DNA of 45,613 bases, from positions 248,001 to 293,613 of the forward strand of contig NW_013547015.1 of NCBI RefSeq assembly GCF_000711695.1, in the 5' to 3' direction. The stretch's first letter is position 1, and each line of letters starts with the position of its first letter. The notes below the pieces were generated by a model, which worked only from the letters and a program-made list of their open reading frames with translations, was not told where the DNA came from and ran no database searches. The translations under genes and the position numbers were made by a program. This stretch comes from Tilletiaria anomala UBC 951 (lineage: Eukaryota). Of this stretch, positions 11,168-23,941 are shown piece by piece.

Positions 11168-14100
11168 ATGAACGGGCTCTCGGAGGAGGACATCCACCAC
11201 GCCTCGCTGCTCGCTGAATTTCAAGCAAGCAGCGGACCATCCACGCCGTCACATCCGGGCGCCGCAGCCGCAGCTGCAAATTCTAAGGGCATCAACCACC
11301 GCCACCACAACAAAAGCAATGCGGGCGGCGGCGGCAGCAGCAGCAACGTCAATAGCAACACCGCATCGGGCTCGTCGTCTCATACGTCGCATCTACATCC
11401 TCACCACCACCACCAGCATCACCAACTTCAGCATCAGCAGCATGATGCCGCCGCAGGCAGCGGAAGCGGCTCGCACCATCACGCGCAACCACACGAGCTG
11501 GGCTCGCACAATCACAATCATCCGCACGCACATGTTGCCCATTCACACATGCCGTACGGCCCTTCGTCTGCCTCGTCTCACCAAGGCCATCCACGCTTTT
11601 CATCCGGGCAAGGGAGCAGCCAGCCGCCGCCCTCGACGGGGTTTTCGCTGGCGCCCGCCGGATTTCATCCGCACATCTTTGACAACACAGGAGGAGGAGG
11701 AGCGGTAGCAGGACGACCCAATTCCTTCAATAACGGCTACGACCAGTCCTGGTCACATCCACATACCCTTGGTCCAGCGCCGCCGCCGTCCGCCTCAGCG
11801 CCAGCAGACGCAGCCCTTCAAGAGCGATCGAATGCCGGTGCGGGTAAGAAACAAGGGAATGGCGTCGAGACGCCGAACCGTGCAGACAGTGGAAAGACCT
11901 CCAGCAAAAAAGGTGCGAAAGGAAAAGGGAAAGCTGCCGCCGACCTTGCCGAAGTCGAAACAAGCAGAAACTCTGACGTCGACAGCGACGATGCATCTGC
12001 GCTTAACAAGCAAGATTCAATCAGCATTGTGATTGGTCGGCCAAGGATCAGCAATGGAAAGCGTGCCAGTAGCGGCGGCGGTGGCAGTGCAAGTCAGTCG
12101 GACCGCAAGCGTCGCAGGGTGGTTGTAGCCTGCGACACGTGCCGGCGCAAAAAAGTCAAGTGTCAGGGCTTGCCCAACGCGTCCAATGTTTGCGATAACT
12201 GCAAAGCGTACGGCTATAAGTGCACCTTCACCTCCGAGCCGGACCGCTCGCGTGGAAAGTATGAAATCCTAGAGTCGAAAGTTGAGACCTTGCTCAGCGC
12301 GCTCCGAACCGTCGCGCCGCACCTTGCGCAGCAGTTTCAGGACGGAGATCTGAGCATTGCCGCGCCCAGTGGCAGCATTGCCGGCCAGGTCGACAGCACC
12401 GACTCGAGCCAGTGGCCCATGAGCAGCAATGTTGCGCTACCGCCGCCGCCTGCGCCGCCTCATCGCTCTTCGCATTCACATCCGGGCTATGGCGCAAGCA
12501 GTAGCAGTAATGGTGACGATGAAGCCGGCGGCGGCAGCGCTGGGGCAACAGGCACGAGCAGGGAAAGTAGGCACGGATCGCTGGAAGCAGTCGCTGCTGC
12601 TGCCGCTGCGATACTCTCTTCGGGCTCAAATGGCCATCGCGGCGATGGCGCAGGGGCGGCAAGCGCTGGCGGAGCGGAGCGGGGCTCTCTGGCGCAAGGA
12701 GGAGCGTCGTCGTCAGCTGGCCCTGTTGGTGGGGCGGCCGGTGGTCCAGGCGGGCACTCTGTCGGTCGCAGTCCAGCGACACCTAGTGGGGCTGCAGACG
12801 GGCATGGCAGCGAAGGGCGCAACACGGACCTGTCCATAGCGCGCTTCCTGTCCGACGGTGCAGTCGGCTCGCGACCCGAGATCAAGCGCCGCGACCTGGG
12901 GCCACTCCTGCCAGACGTAGAAGATGGTCGGCCTCGTTATTTCGGACGCAGCAGCACACTCAATTACTTCCACGGCATCGACTCGCGTCCGCCGTCACCC
13001 AATCTCGGCAGCACCAAGTGGCTGAGCGCCGCACATGCGCACCAGCTGCTGTGGCCGACGCATCATGGTGTCGCCGGCGGAGGGCGCTTTGGCACCAGAA
13101 CGCCAGGGACTGCCACGCCCACCGGCGGGCTCAGCGCTATGTACGGCCTCGAGTCGCGCTCGAGGGCTACATCGCCTGATCGTGCCGCCGGGCTGGGCAG
13201 CATGAGTGCGAATAGGCTGAGGGACTCGCACGACAACACCACGCCGTCTTCGCCGGTGCTTGGCGGGGCTCAACAGCAGCAGCAGCAACATGATCAAAAC
13301 ATCCTGACGCCGTGCGGAAATAAGTCGTCGCTTAGCCGACATACCAGCGCCCCCGAGCAGGAGTTCAAGACGCTACCTCGGCCGCGGCCGCAGCCGCAGT
13401 ACCCAGCCAATTCCAAAGAGTGGGTCGCTTTGCTTCGGCGCAAAAATCTGGATGCAGTTGGCAGAGACGACGTATGCGATAACGAATGGTTCACGCGCTA
13501 CATGCTGCCGGAAGGCGATCTGGTGCTGGACCTGTTCGACATCTTTTTTACACGCTTGCATCCCATCATGCCCATCCTACACCGGCCAACGATGGAAGAG
13601 GACATTCTGTCCGGGCGCGCTACCCACGATACCGCCTTCCGCGGCTTGGTCTTTACGGTCCTTGCTATTGCCAGCCGCTTCACCTCCGATACGCGCGTGC
13701 GGACGGACGAAGACGACGCTTCTACCGCTGGCGACCAGTTCGCCAAGGCGAGCCGGCTCTACCATCAGGTTTATGCGGCCAGCTTGATCAATGTACAGGT
13801 CCTCCTCCTCAGCAGTACTTTCATGCACAGTGAGGTGGGGCCCGGCGTGCCTTGGACCCAGCTGGGTGTGGCGATTCGCGCGCTGCAGGATATTGGCCTG
13901 CACCAGGAGCGCGCCTACGTCGAGTTTAGCGAGTTCGAGCAGGAGCTGCGCCGGCGCGCTTTTTGGGGCGCCTTTATACTCGATGCCTTGTTCGCCGTCA
14001 ACATGGGCAGGCCTGTCGCGCTGCGCGTGTCCGATTGTACAGTCCGACTGCCCAAGGACGTCACGGATGACGCTATGACGGATGCCCACGCGCGCTCCAT

Positions 14101-15554
14101 CTCGCTTAAGGATAAGGAGTCTGGGACACAGACAGTCATGTCTGGATGGATCTCGCTCATCAGGCTTGGATTCATAGTGCAGGATGGTGAGTTGTGCCTC
14201 CCGCGATTCGATGGTGGTTATGGCTCTTTTTTCTGATCTGATCTGTCTCACCGTGCCTTGCTTGATTTTTCAGTCGTTTTGGCGTTGTACAGCCCTCGTT
14301 GGCGCCAAGAGGTGACGCAGGAGAAGCACAAGGACTACGTGCAGAATCTGAGCAAGACGAAGCAGCTGCCCGAGTACAAGGACATGGCACTCCTCTCCAA
14401 GCGCCTCGACGAGTGGATCGCCGACACACCGGCTCATTACCGCACACCGCAGAGTCCGTACAAGTGGCAGGCGGGTATCTTGCAGATGGGCACGCACGAC
14501 ATAAGATTGTACATTCTCAAGCCATTTCTGTTCGACCCGTACCTGCGCAAGATGCTACACGTGCAGTGTATCGACCACTCCAAGGAGGGGCTCAAGACGA
14601 TCGTTGATCTCTTTGAGGATGATCATCTGGCGGACATGGTCTTTGTCATGCAGCAGGGATTCATGTCGACGTGCACTTTCATGGTACGTGTCTTGTCTCC
14701 TCTCGTGCGGCCAAATGGTTCTTGTCTGACTTCCTGTTCTCCGTTCATAGATCACTGTCTGGCACGGCACTGCAGAGCCGGACAAGCTCGCCGAGGATGA
14801 GCTACTTATCGAAGCGACGCTGCGCATCTTTGCTTCCTTCGATGTGCGATTCCTGTGAGTATCAAAGAATGATTTCACGCGATCTTGTTCAGCTGATTGC
14901 TATGTTCGTCCCATTCGTCGGTCCAGCTCCCAAATCGTCAAAAAGGCGCTTCGCCTGCTGTACAATATTGCTAATCGTGCGCTGCCCAGCATGAGCTCAG
15001 ACTATGCCGACAAGACGAAACAAGTACTCGAAAAGCTGAAGGACGTTGCCAGCGGCCTGTCTCCACCGCCTGCTCAAGCCAACGCAAGTTTCGCAGCTTC
15101 CACACCCGCATCTCGCATACCATTCTCGATTGCAAGCCCACTGCCTTCCGCCAACGCCGGTGCTGATGTTGTCGCTGCGACGTGGCGCGAAGGCATGTTG
15201 CCCTCCACCTTCCTCGCCGGCGTGGGCGATCCTGTCGATTCAGCTGGTTCCGCGATGACGTGGGCAGCAACAACGGGACCGGCACCGGTCAATGGCACCG
15301 CGCTGTCACCCTCCGTTTCCACGAGCAAACAGCAGCGGCAATCTGCTGAGGCTTCCACCCCAAACACGGTACGTGAGGGCATAAATGGCATGTCTACCCT
15401 CGACACCACGTTGTCCCCAAGTGGCGATGCGCCCTCTGACATTTGGTCTACCGGCGGCGGCGGCTTCGACGGGAATGAGCAGCCGCGGCTCCGTCAGCTT
15501 GAGGACGCTTCGTGGGGGGACTACTTTGCTACTTTCCTGCAGTCTCTGGGATGA
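11168..15554 (+). CDS. Zn(II)2Cys6 transcription factor with fungal-specific middle homology domain. Exons 11168-14186, 14274-14683, 14751-14854, 14927-15554; ~1386 aa
   Basis: ACDTCRRKKVKCQGLPNASNVCDNCKAYGYKC zinc cluster; FFTRLHPIMPILHRPT, AIRALQDIGLH and ELRRRAFWGAFILD..MGRP (Fungal_trans); His/Gln-rich N-terminus; short acidic/hydrophobic tail. Confidence 0.9.
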
Positions 15555-15876
15555 GGCTACAGAGGCCCTGCCTGCCGCGATTGAACCACAGTCTGTCGCA
15601 TGCACGCATATCCGCTTGATGTAATCCAAGGCACAAGATGCATTCAAGGTATTTTTTACGAGCCTTATCCCTGTCACGAAAGATACTCCGCATGTGCCAT
15701 GGAGGGATGATCACGCATGCAGGAACAAAAGGACATGTCACAATGGTATGTACCACGGCCGGTCGTGGCTTCCGGATGTGAAGGTAAATTTCTTTTTGCA
15801 TAACAAAGCTGCTGGTTCACGCATGGGTTGCTTGCTGCCTCAGCGATGAGCCTGGCGGTGTCCAGCCTAGCGCTCA

Positions 15877-17986
<2,110 letters not shown>

Positions 17987-19121
17987 CTACAAGCATGCAT
18001 TCACGGTGTGACACGGGCTGTTGGCAACTAGAAGTAGTAGTACCGACTACCGGGCATGGCCCGTGCGCTGTGTACTACTGCAGACGTAGCAGCAGCAGCG
18101 GGTCTCGTCGTGACAGTTGCCGCCTCTTCTCCGTGCTCCGTGGCATTGCATGGCATGTCCTATGGTCCCCCATCCGTGTGCGTGTGTGCTGCGACGTGCG
18201 AGCATCAAAAGAGAACACCAACGCTGCCGAAAGATGCAAGTTCGCCATCGAATGGCGTGCTCGACGCCTCCCATGACAAAATTGTTACGTAAGCACATAT
18301 CACGGTGTGGAGCATATGCCGCCGCCTTGACACTAGCGTGCAACTGGTCCACTGGTTCTAAGGGTTGTGACAACAAAAACACATGTTGTGCCCTCCTCTG
18401 CATTCGCTGGCTCACGCGACCCACTTTGAAAGTCGAGTTCGGGATCAGAACGAGAATAGAACAACGTACAGAACAGCATCAGTGTAAGCTAACTAGCTAC
18501 GTACTTTACTAGCTGTTCAGTTGTGTCCTACACGGCTGCAAAGCCCTCATGGAATTTATCATGCACCATCAACTGCAGCGGAGATTCGACAAGCACTCGA
18601 CTAGAGGCAAGTTACCCTTATTGTGAAGTGCTCCCACAACATCGTCAGGACGGCAGGAGGGTGAGAAGAGGCGGAGACTCAGCTCTCTGAGCATGCAAGC
18701 TATTCGGGGGTTTCATGTTATCTGCACAGGCAACAGGCGGATGGATTTCCTGCCCCCCCGCAACAGTGGAGATTTCGTGGGACGCCAATGCGCAAAGCCT
18801 CGCGCGTTCGCAAGCGCCACATGATGGTACACACGACAGCATTCTCAGCGCTCCGCCTCGAATCTGCAGCACACACATTGGCTACCAATCGAGGTAATGT
18901 AGACAATGGTCAGTGATTCACCTGCCGGGTTGGCCTGAGCTCTTCAAAGGGCGCTGGTGCGAGAGTTCTCCTGCAGACGAGTGTCTGTGGGCTGCTGAAA
19001 CAGCCTCGTGCTATTCGTCAAACATGGTTATTGCCCGTGACATGTGCACTCCTGAGCTAACGCGCGTGGACTACAAGGGACGAAAGAAGAGCCTTCTGTG
19101 CAAGGGTATCGCAAAGTGCGT

Positions 19122-20565
19122 CTACCAGCCGCGCTTGGACATGTGTCCGCCGGGCATGCTCGGCGTGATGTTGATCCCAGTCATTGCCTCGCCAATGTTC
19201 GTCGAGATCTCCGCCAGCTTCTCCGGGTTGTCGTAGTGCGCGACAGCCTGGACGATCGCGACGGCGCGCTCCTTTGGTCGCTCTCCCTTGAACACCCCAG
19301 ACCCGACAAACACACCTGCATGGGTAACAAAAAGTCGCGCAAGACGGTCAGCTATTCCGCCTTTTTTGGCTTTCCGGCGCAGGCATGAAATGCAGTATCA
19401 GTCCTCTGCTTTTCACAGGACACTCACCATCACTGCCGAGCTGCATCATGAGCGCAGCGTCTGCAGGCGTGGCAACGCCACCAGCGGCAAAGTTGACAGT
19501 CGGAAGCCGCTTGAGTCGAGCGGTCTCCTTGAGCAGGTGGTACGGCGCACTGATCTCCTTGGCGTAGGCGTACAGCTCCTCATCGCTCATGCTCGCCGCA
19601 CGCTTGATCTCTGCTTGCAGTGTTCGCTGGTGGTAGACTGCCTCGACAACGTTACCTGTCCCTGCCTCGCCCTGCATGCACTCAAGGCCGATTTAGCAAA
19701 CAGTCCTCGTGTGTCTGCAGATGGGAGCCTGGCGTGTCAGAAGCGACGACGCACCTTTGTTCGAATCATCGCGGCACCCTCGCTGATACGGCGCAGGGCC
19801 TCGCCGAGATTCTTGCAACCGCAAACAAATGGCACCTTGAAGTTGTGCTTGTTAATGTGGTGGTAGTTGTCCGCAGGGGTCAGCACCTCCGACTCGTCAA
19901 TGTAGTCCACGTTGACCGCCTGGAGGATCTGTGCCTCGACCTGGGATAATGCAAAACGGGTTTGACGTGTCATGTATGAGCAAGTAGCTTTGAGTACAAA
20001 GCCCACTTGCCAAAGCCTTCCAGCATGCGGTACTCACAATGTGACCGATACGGCACTTGGCCATGACGGGGATGGACACGGCTTCGATGATCTCCTTGAT
20101 CATCGCCGGGTCGGACATGCGCGCCACACCGCCATCCGCACGGATGTCTGCCGGCACACGCTCGAGAGCCATGACGGCACATGCACCTGCCTCCTCTGCA
20201 ATCCGCGCCTGCTCTGCATTGATCACATCCTATTGGAATAGCGAAAGCAAGCGCGCGGCGTCAGTGCCTTCGCTGCTAGCACCCCGAGTGCGATCAAGTT
20301 CTTCCTGCCGCGACTTGGAGAAACTCACCATGATCACACCCCCCTTGAGCATCTGCGCCAGACCGCTCTTGACGCCGTACGTGCCAATGTTCGAGTTGGC
20401 GCTGCTGCTGCTGCTGCTGCTACCACCTACGTTTGCGCCGGACCGCGAAACAGCCAGTGGTGCGTGCGTGGCATGGCCGTTGACAGCTGGCGTGGCTGCC
20501 GCCGCTACGGCTGTGGCGCTGCCGTTTACGGGGTTGCCGACGATGATCGGGTGTTCAGAACTCAT
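19122..20565 (-). CDS. SNZ1: Pyridoxal 5'-phosphate synthase subunit Pdx1/Snz1. Exons 20565-20329, 20229-20038, 19940-19755, 19671-19428, 19315-19122; 350 aa
   Basis: [77 protein letters not shown] and C-terminal MSKRGW. Confidence 0.96.
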
Positions 20566-22541
20566 TGTTTCTTGCTTGGTAGCCCTTCTGAGGAGGTCAA
20601 TAGATGATCAAGACGAAGGAGGGCACGAGGAACAATGGTGCTGCGAAACAAGTGCAGACGACAGATCGCTTGCCCTAATATGGTCTGTTCGCCTCAACAA
20701 GAGTCATGTTGTCTTTTGGACATAGTTCCAACGAGAATCAGAGCCCCAGGCTGCGGGCATGAGCCCTAATTTGTTCGACGACCAGCGGGCGTGCCGCCTG
20801 GTGCCTCTCGTGTCAGAGTGCTTTTCTCCGCTGCCGCAGTTCCGCCCTCATCCACTTCCATCTTCTCTTCTCCTTGAATTGCCGATGGGCCAATTGGAAG
20901 GCAACTTTCACTGGGCTTGGCAAATTGCACTGCAGTCTTGTTTCTGATTCATGGTTGGGCCATTTCCTTTCGGTTTTCTCTCGATGACTCCCAGAGTGAC
21001 CGACCAACTCTTTTATGCCCATACCGGCCCTCTTGTACGCATATGTACCTTGCCAGAGTTTCTTCCGTCCCCACCCGCCTTTCGTGAATTGCGGCTTGTC
21101 CGTGCGAACCGTGGTGTGCACATCTGCAGAATGTTTATACTCTGCTCAGTGCTTACGCATGGCTTGATGACAGCCAAAAGTTACCACGGATCACTTCTTT
21201 CGTCAGTGATCAGTCGTTATCAGCAGCTGCTTCACATCCGAAGCAGTCCAGCATGTCGCCAAGCACAGAAAGGGGCGCGCTGCTCAATTGGGCCACGGAC
21301 TCGCAGAAAAGAGCTCATCGCCTTCTTGGTGGCCCGGCCGCTGCGACGGACCACCTCACAAGAATACATACGTGCGCATCCATACGTCGCCAACAAACTA
21401 GTTCCGTGTCAGATTACTTTAATGTTTCCCGTACTGGGTTCTAGCTCAGCTGATGTGCACATGACTCGTCGACATCAAACCTATTTATTTATGTTCGCCA
21501 CCATGGTGGCGAGTCGCTTTCCATGCATCTGACAAGCCGCGCCACCAATAGCATGTGTTATGAGCATGAGCCCATTTGGGTGGAATCTCTCCCGTTTGGG
21601 TAATCCAGTGGTAATCCCCGCACCCAAGCCCGCCGCTTGCACGCCAGCCAGGGGTTCGAAGACCTCCCAGCGACGCAGTCAGCTTTGGTAGTGACCAGCC
21701 CCGCACAGGTAGTGGGCCGCTGGGCAATGGGTTACGTGAATCAGAGCAATGCGACTACGTGCAAATCAGAGAAGACAAATCGACTGGCTGAAGGAAAAAC
21801 GATTCGATTGGCGTCCTTGCACAACCTCCGGCCCGCACCACTGTTCCTTCTACTCCACCGAAACACCAACACCGCGGGCAAAGCGTTGAGGTTGTGCTTC
21901 TGCGAGAATAACGCCTCATGTACAGCCGGTGCTGCGCTGCTGCGATAAGAGTGGGATCACTGTTGGGGTAGAATAGCAGAGTGACCCTGATAGAGATTGG
22001 GCGTGGGTGCTGTCGTAAAACCAACCTTAAGCATACTTTCTCCACCTGGTCCCTGCCGTCGCATAGCGTATCTAATGTACCGAATGCCAATTGATCCAGG
22101 ATCATGGATGAGCCCAACTGGCAGCGTGAGAGGCGGGGTGTGTCACGCTTCGCAGTCCGCTGTACCGTAAAGCGAGAACGCACGAGTTTGCAACATGTAA
22201 TCAGGGTTGAGAGATGTTTCTGAGTGTGAAAAGAACTGGAGTCATTGGAATAGGGTTTTAGCCTAGAGATGAGGCGTCCCGCTGGCTGTGAGAGTGAGAA
22301 CAGTACGTTCACAAGCTCGAGGGGGGCCCTTGTAAACCCAAGCACTTCCAGCCGAAGGCCCCCGAGTGCCGGAGGCACCACTACGACTTCTGCTTTCTGT
22401 CAGCAGAGCTCACAGCACAGCCTCGACTCGAGGCCATCTTCCATCTTCACACCTGTGGTTCATCCGGTGCCCAGCCCTCAGAAGCACGCAGCCCGCCAGC
22501 CCCAACTCGCAGTGCTCATCGCGGAGAGAGGGAGATTCAAG

Positions 22542-23791
22542 ATGGCCGCACCAGCTGTCAGCCGCTTCGTTGCCAAGAAGCCTTTGAACTTGGCGTGAGT
22601 AGATCGTTCCGGGAACACAGTTCGCGTCCCTTCTCTGCACCTTTCTGGGGGCGTCCCAGTCGCCTTGTACATGCCATAGGCACACACATGTGCAGTGTGA
22701 CCTGCCCTCTCATTTTCTTTGCCGGGTGGATGCTGACAATACCGCCTGCACTCCTTGCCCTTTCATATGCGCTGGGTTGGCTTGCCTTTGGTGCTTCTTC
22801 CTGCGCATTTTTGGTTGGCTTCACGTCGCACTTAAAGCCCAACGGTGGCCTTTACCGCCTCCGGCGCGCCTCGCGTGGCCAACATCAACCACCGTGTTCG
22901 CGCCCCGGTCGATGAACATGGACACAGCGAGCATGGCGGCCGCCAAGACCTGAACCAGGTCCCAAGGTGGAGCGTCAGCGCCAGGACGGGCAACGTCTTC
23001 CTGTCCAGGACCAACATCAATGGTGAGCTGGCTTCCATGTTGTACTACCTTTATGACGGCTACTGAATGCTCCTTCCTTTCTCCAGCACCCGCTACAATC
23101 GGTGCTCCCCGCTACTTCTCGACCTCGCGCGAGGTTGCCGCTGCAGGCTCAGCAGCCCCCGAGGCACAAGGTGTGCCCGACTACAGCGCTTACCGCGCCA
23201 AGGACGCCGAGACGAACCGCCTGACGTCCTACTTCATTATCGGTTCCTTCGGCCTCGTCACTGCTGCTGGTGCCAAGGCGACTGTCACCGACTTCCTGTC
23301 ATCCATGGGCGCCTCGGCTGATGTTCTTGCCCTGGCCAAGGTTGAGGTTGACATGAACTCGATCCCGGAAGGCAAGAATGCCATCATCAAGTGGCGTGGC
23401 AAGCCTGTCTTTGTCAGGCACAGGACCGGCGACGAGATTGAGGAGGCCAAGAGCGTCGATGTCAACTCTTTGCGTGACCCGCAAAAGGACGAGGACCGCG
23501 TCAAGCGCCCAGAGTGGCTCGTCATGCTCGGCGTCTGCACCCACTTGGGCTGCGTCCCCATCGGCGAGGCCGGTGACTACGGCGGATGGTACTGCCCATG
23601 CCACGGCTCCCACTACGATATTTCCGGACGTATTCGCAGGGGTCCGGCTCCCCTGAACCTCGAGGTGCCCGAGTGAGTACATCGATCCGAACACCGCCAC
23701 CCTCGCGCATGCTAATGCAAAGCATATCCTGCATCGCTTCCGTTCCAGGTACTCATTCGACGACGATGCTCAGAAGCTCATCATTGGTTGA
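22542..23791 (+). CDS. RIP1: Rieske iron-sulfur subunit of cytochrome bc1. Exons 22542-22594, 22838-23022, 23087-23672, 23749-23791; 288 aa
   Basis: CTHLGC and CPCHGSHYD 2Fe-2S motifs, [24 protein letters not shown] helix and basic presequence. Confidence 0.96.
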
Positions 23792-23941
23792 TATGTGTAG
23801 ATCTTTTTAGACTGTTGAGAGGGCTTACGGATGAAAACGCGAATGATCTAGATCAAACATGAGCATTGTGCATTTTCGGGGTTAATGTGTGTAGAGTGGC
23901 ATGGCACTTGCAGCACAGCACCTATGATACAGGAACGAAGA

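Noticed and set aside
21650..21670. GGTTCGAA B-box-like motif suggesting a tRNA
   Set aside because: No cloverleaf, A-box or acceptor stem, and no poly-T terminator
22060..22135. TTGATCCAGGATCAT...CAGCGTGAGA resembling the 3' half of a TPP riboswitch
   Set aside because: No upstream GCTGAGA motif, wrong P4/P5 spacing, and not in a thiamine-gene intron
22201..22260. TAGGGTT / CAGGGTT telomere-like words
   Set aside because: Isolated hexamer or heptamer matches; no tandem array and no 1.5-repeat telomerase RNA template
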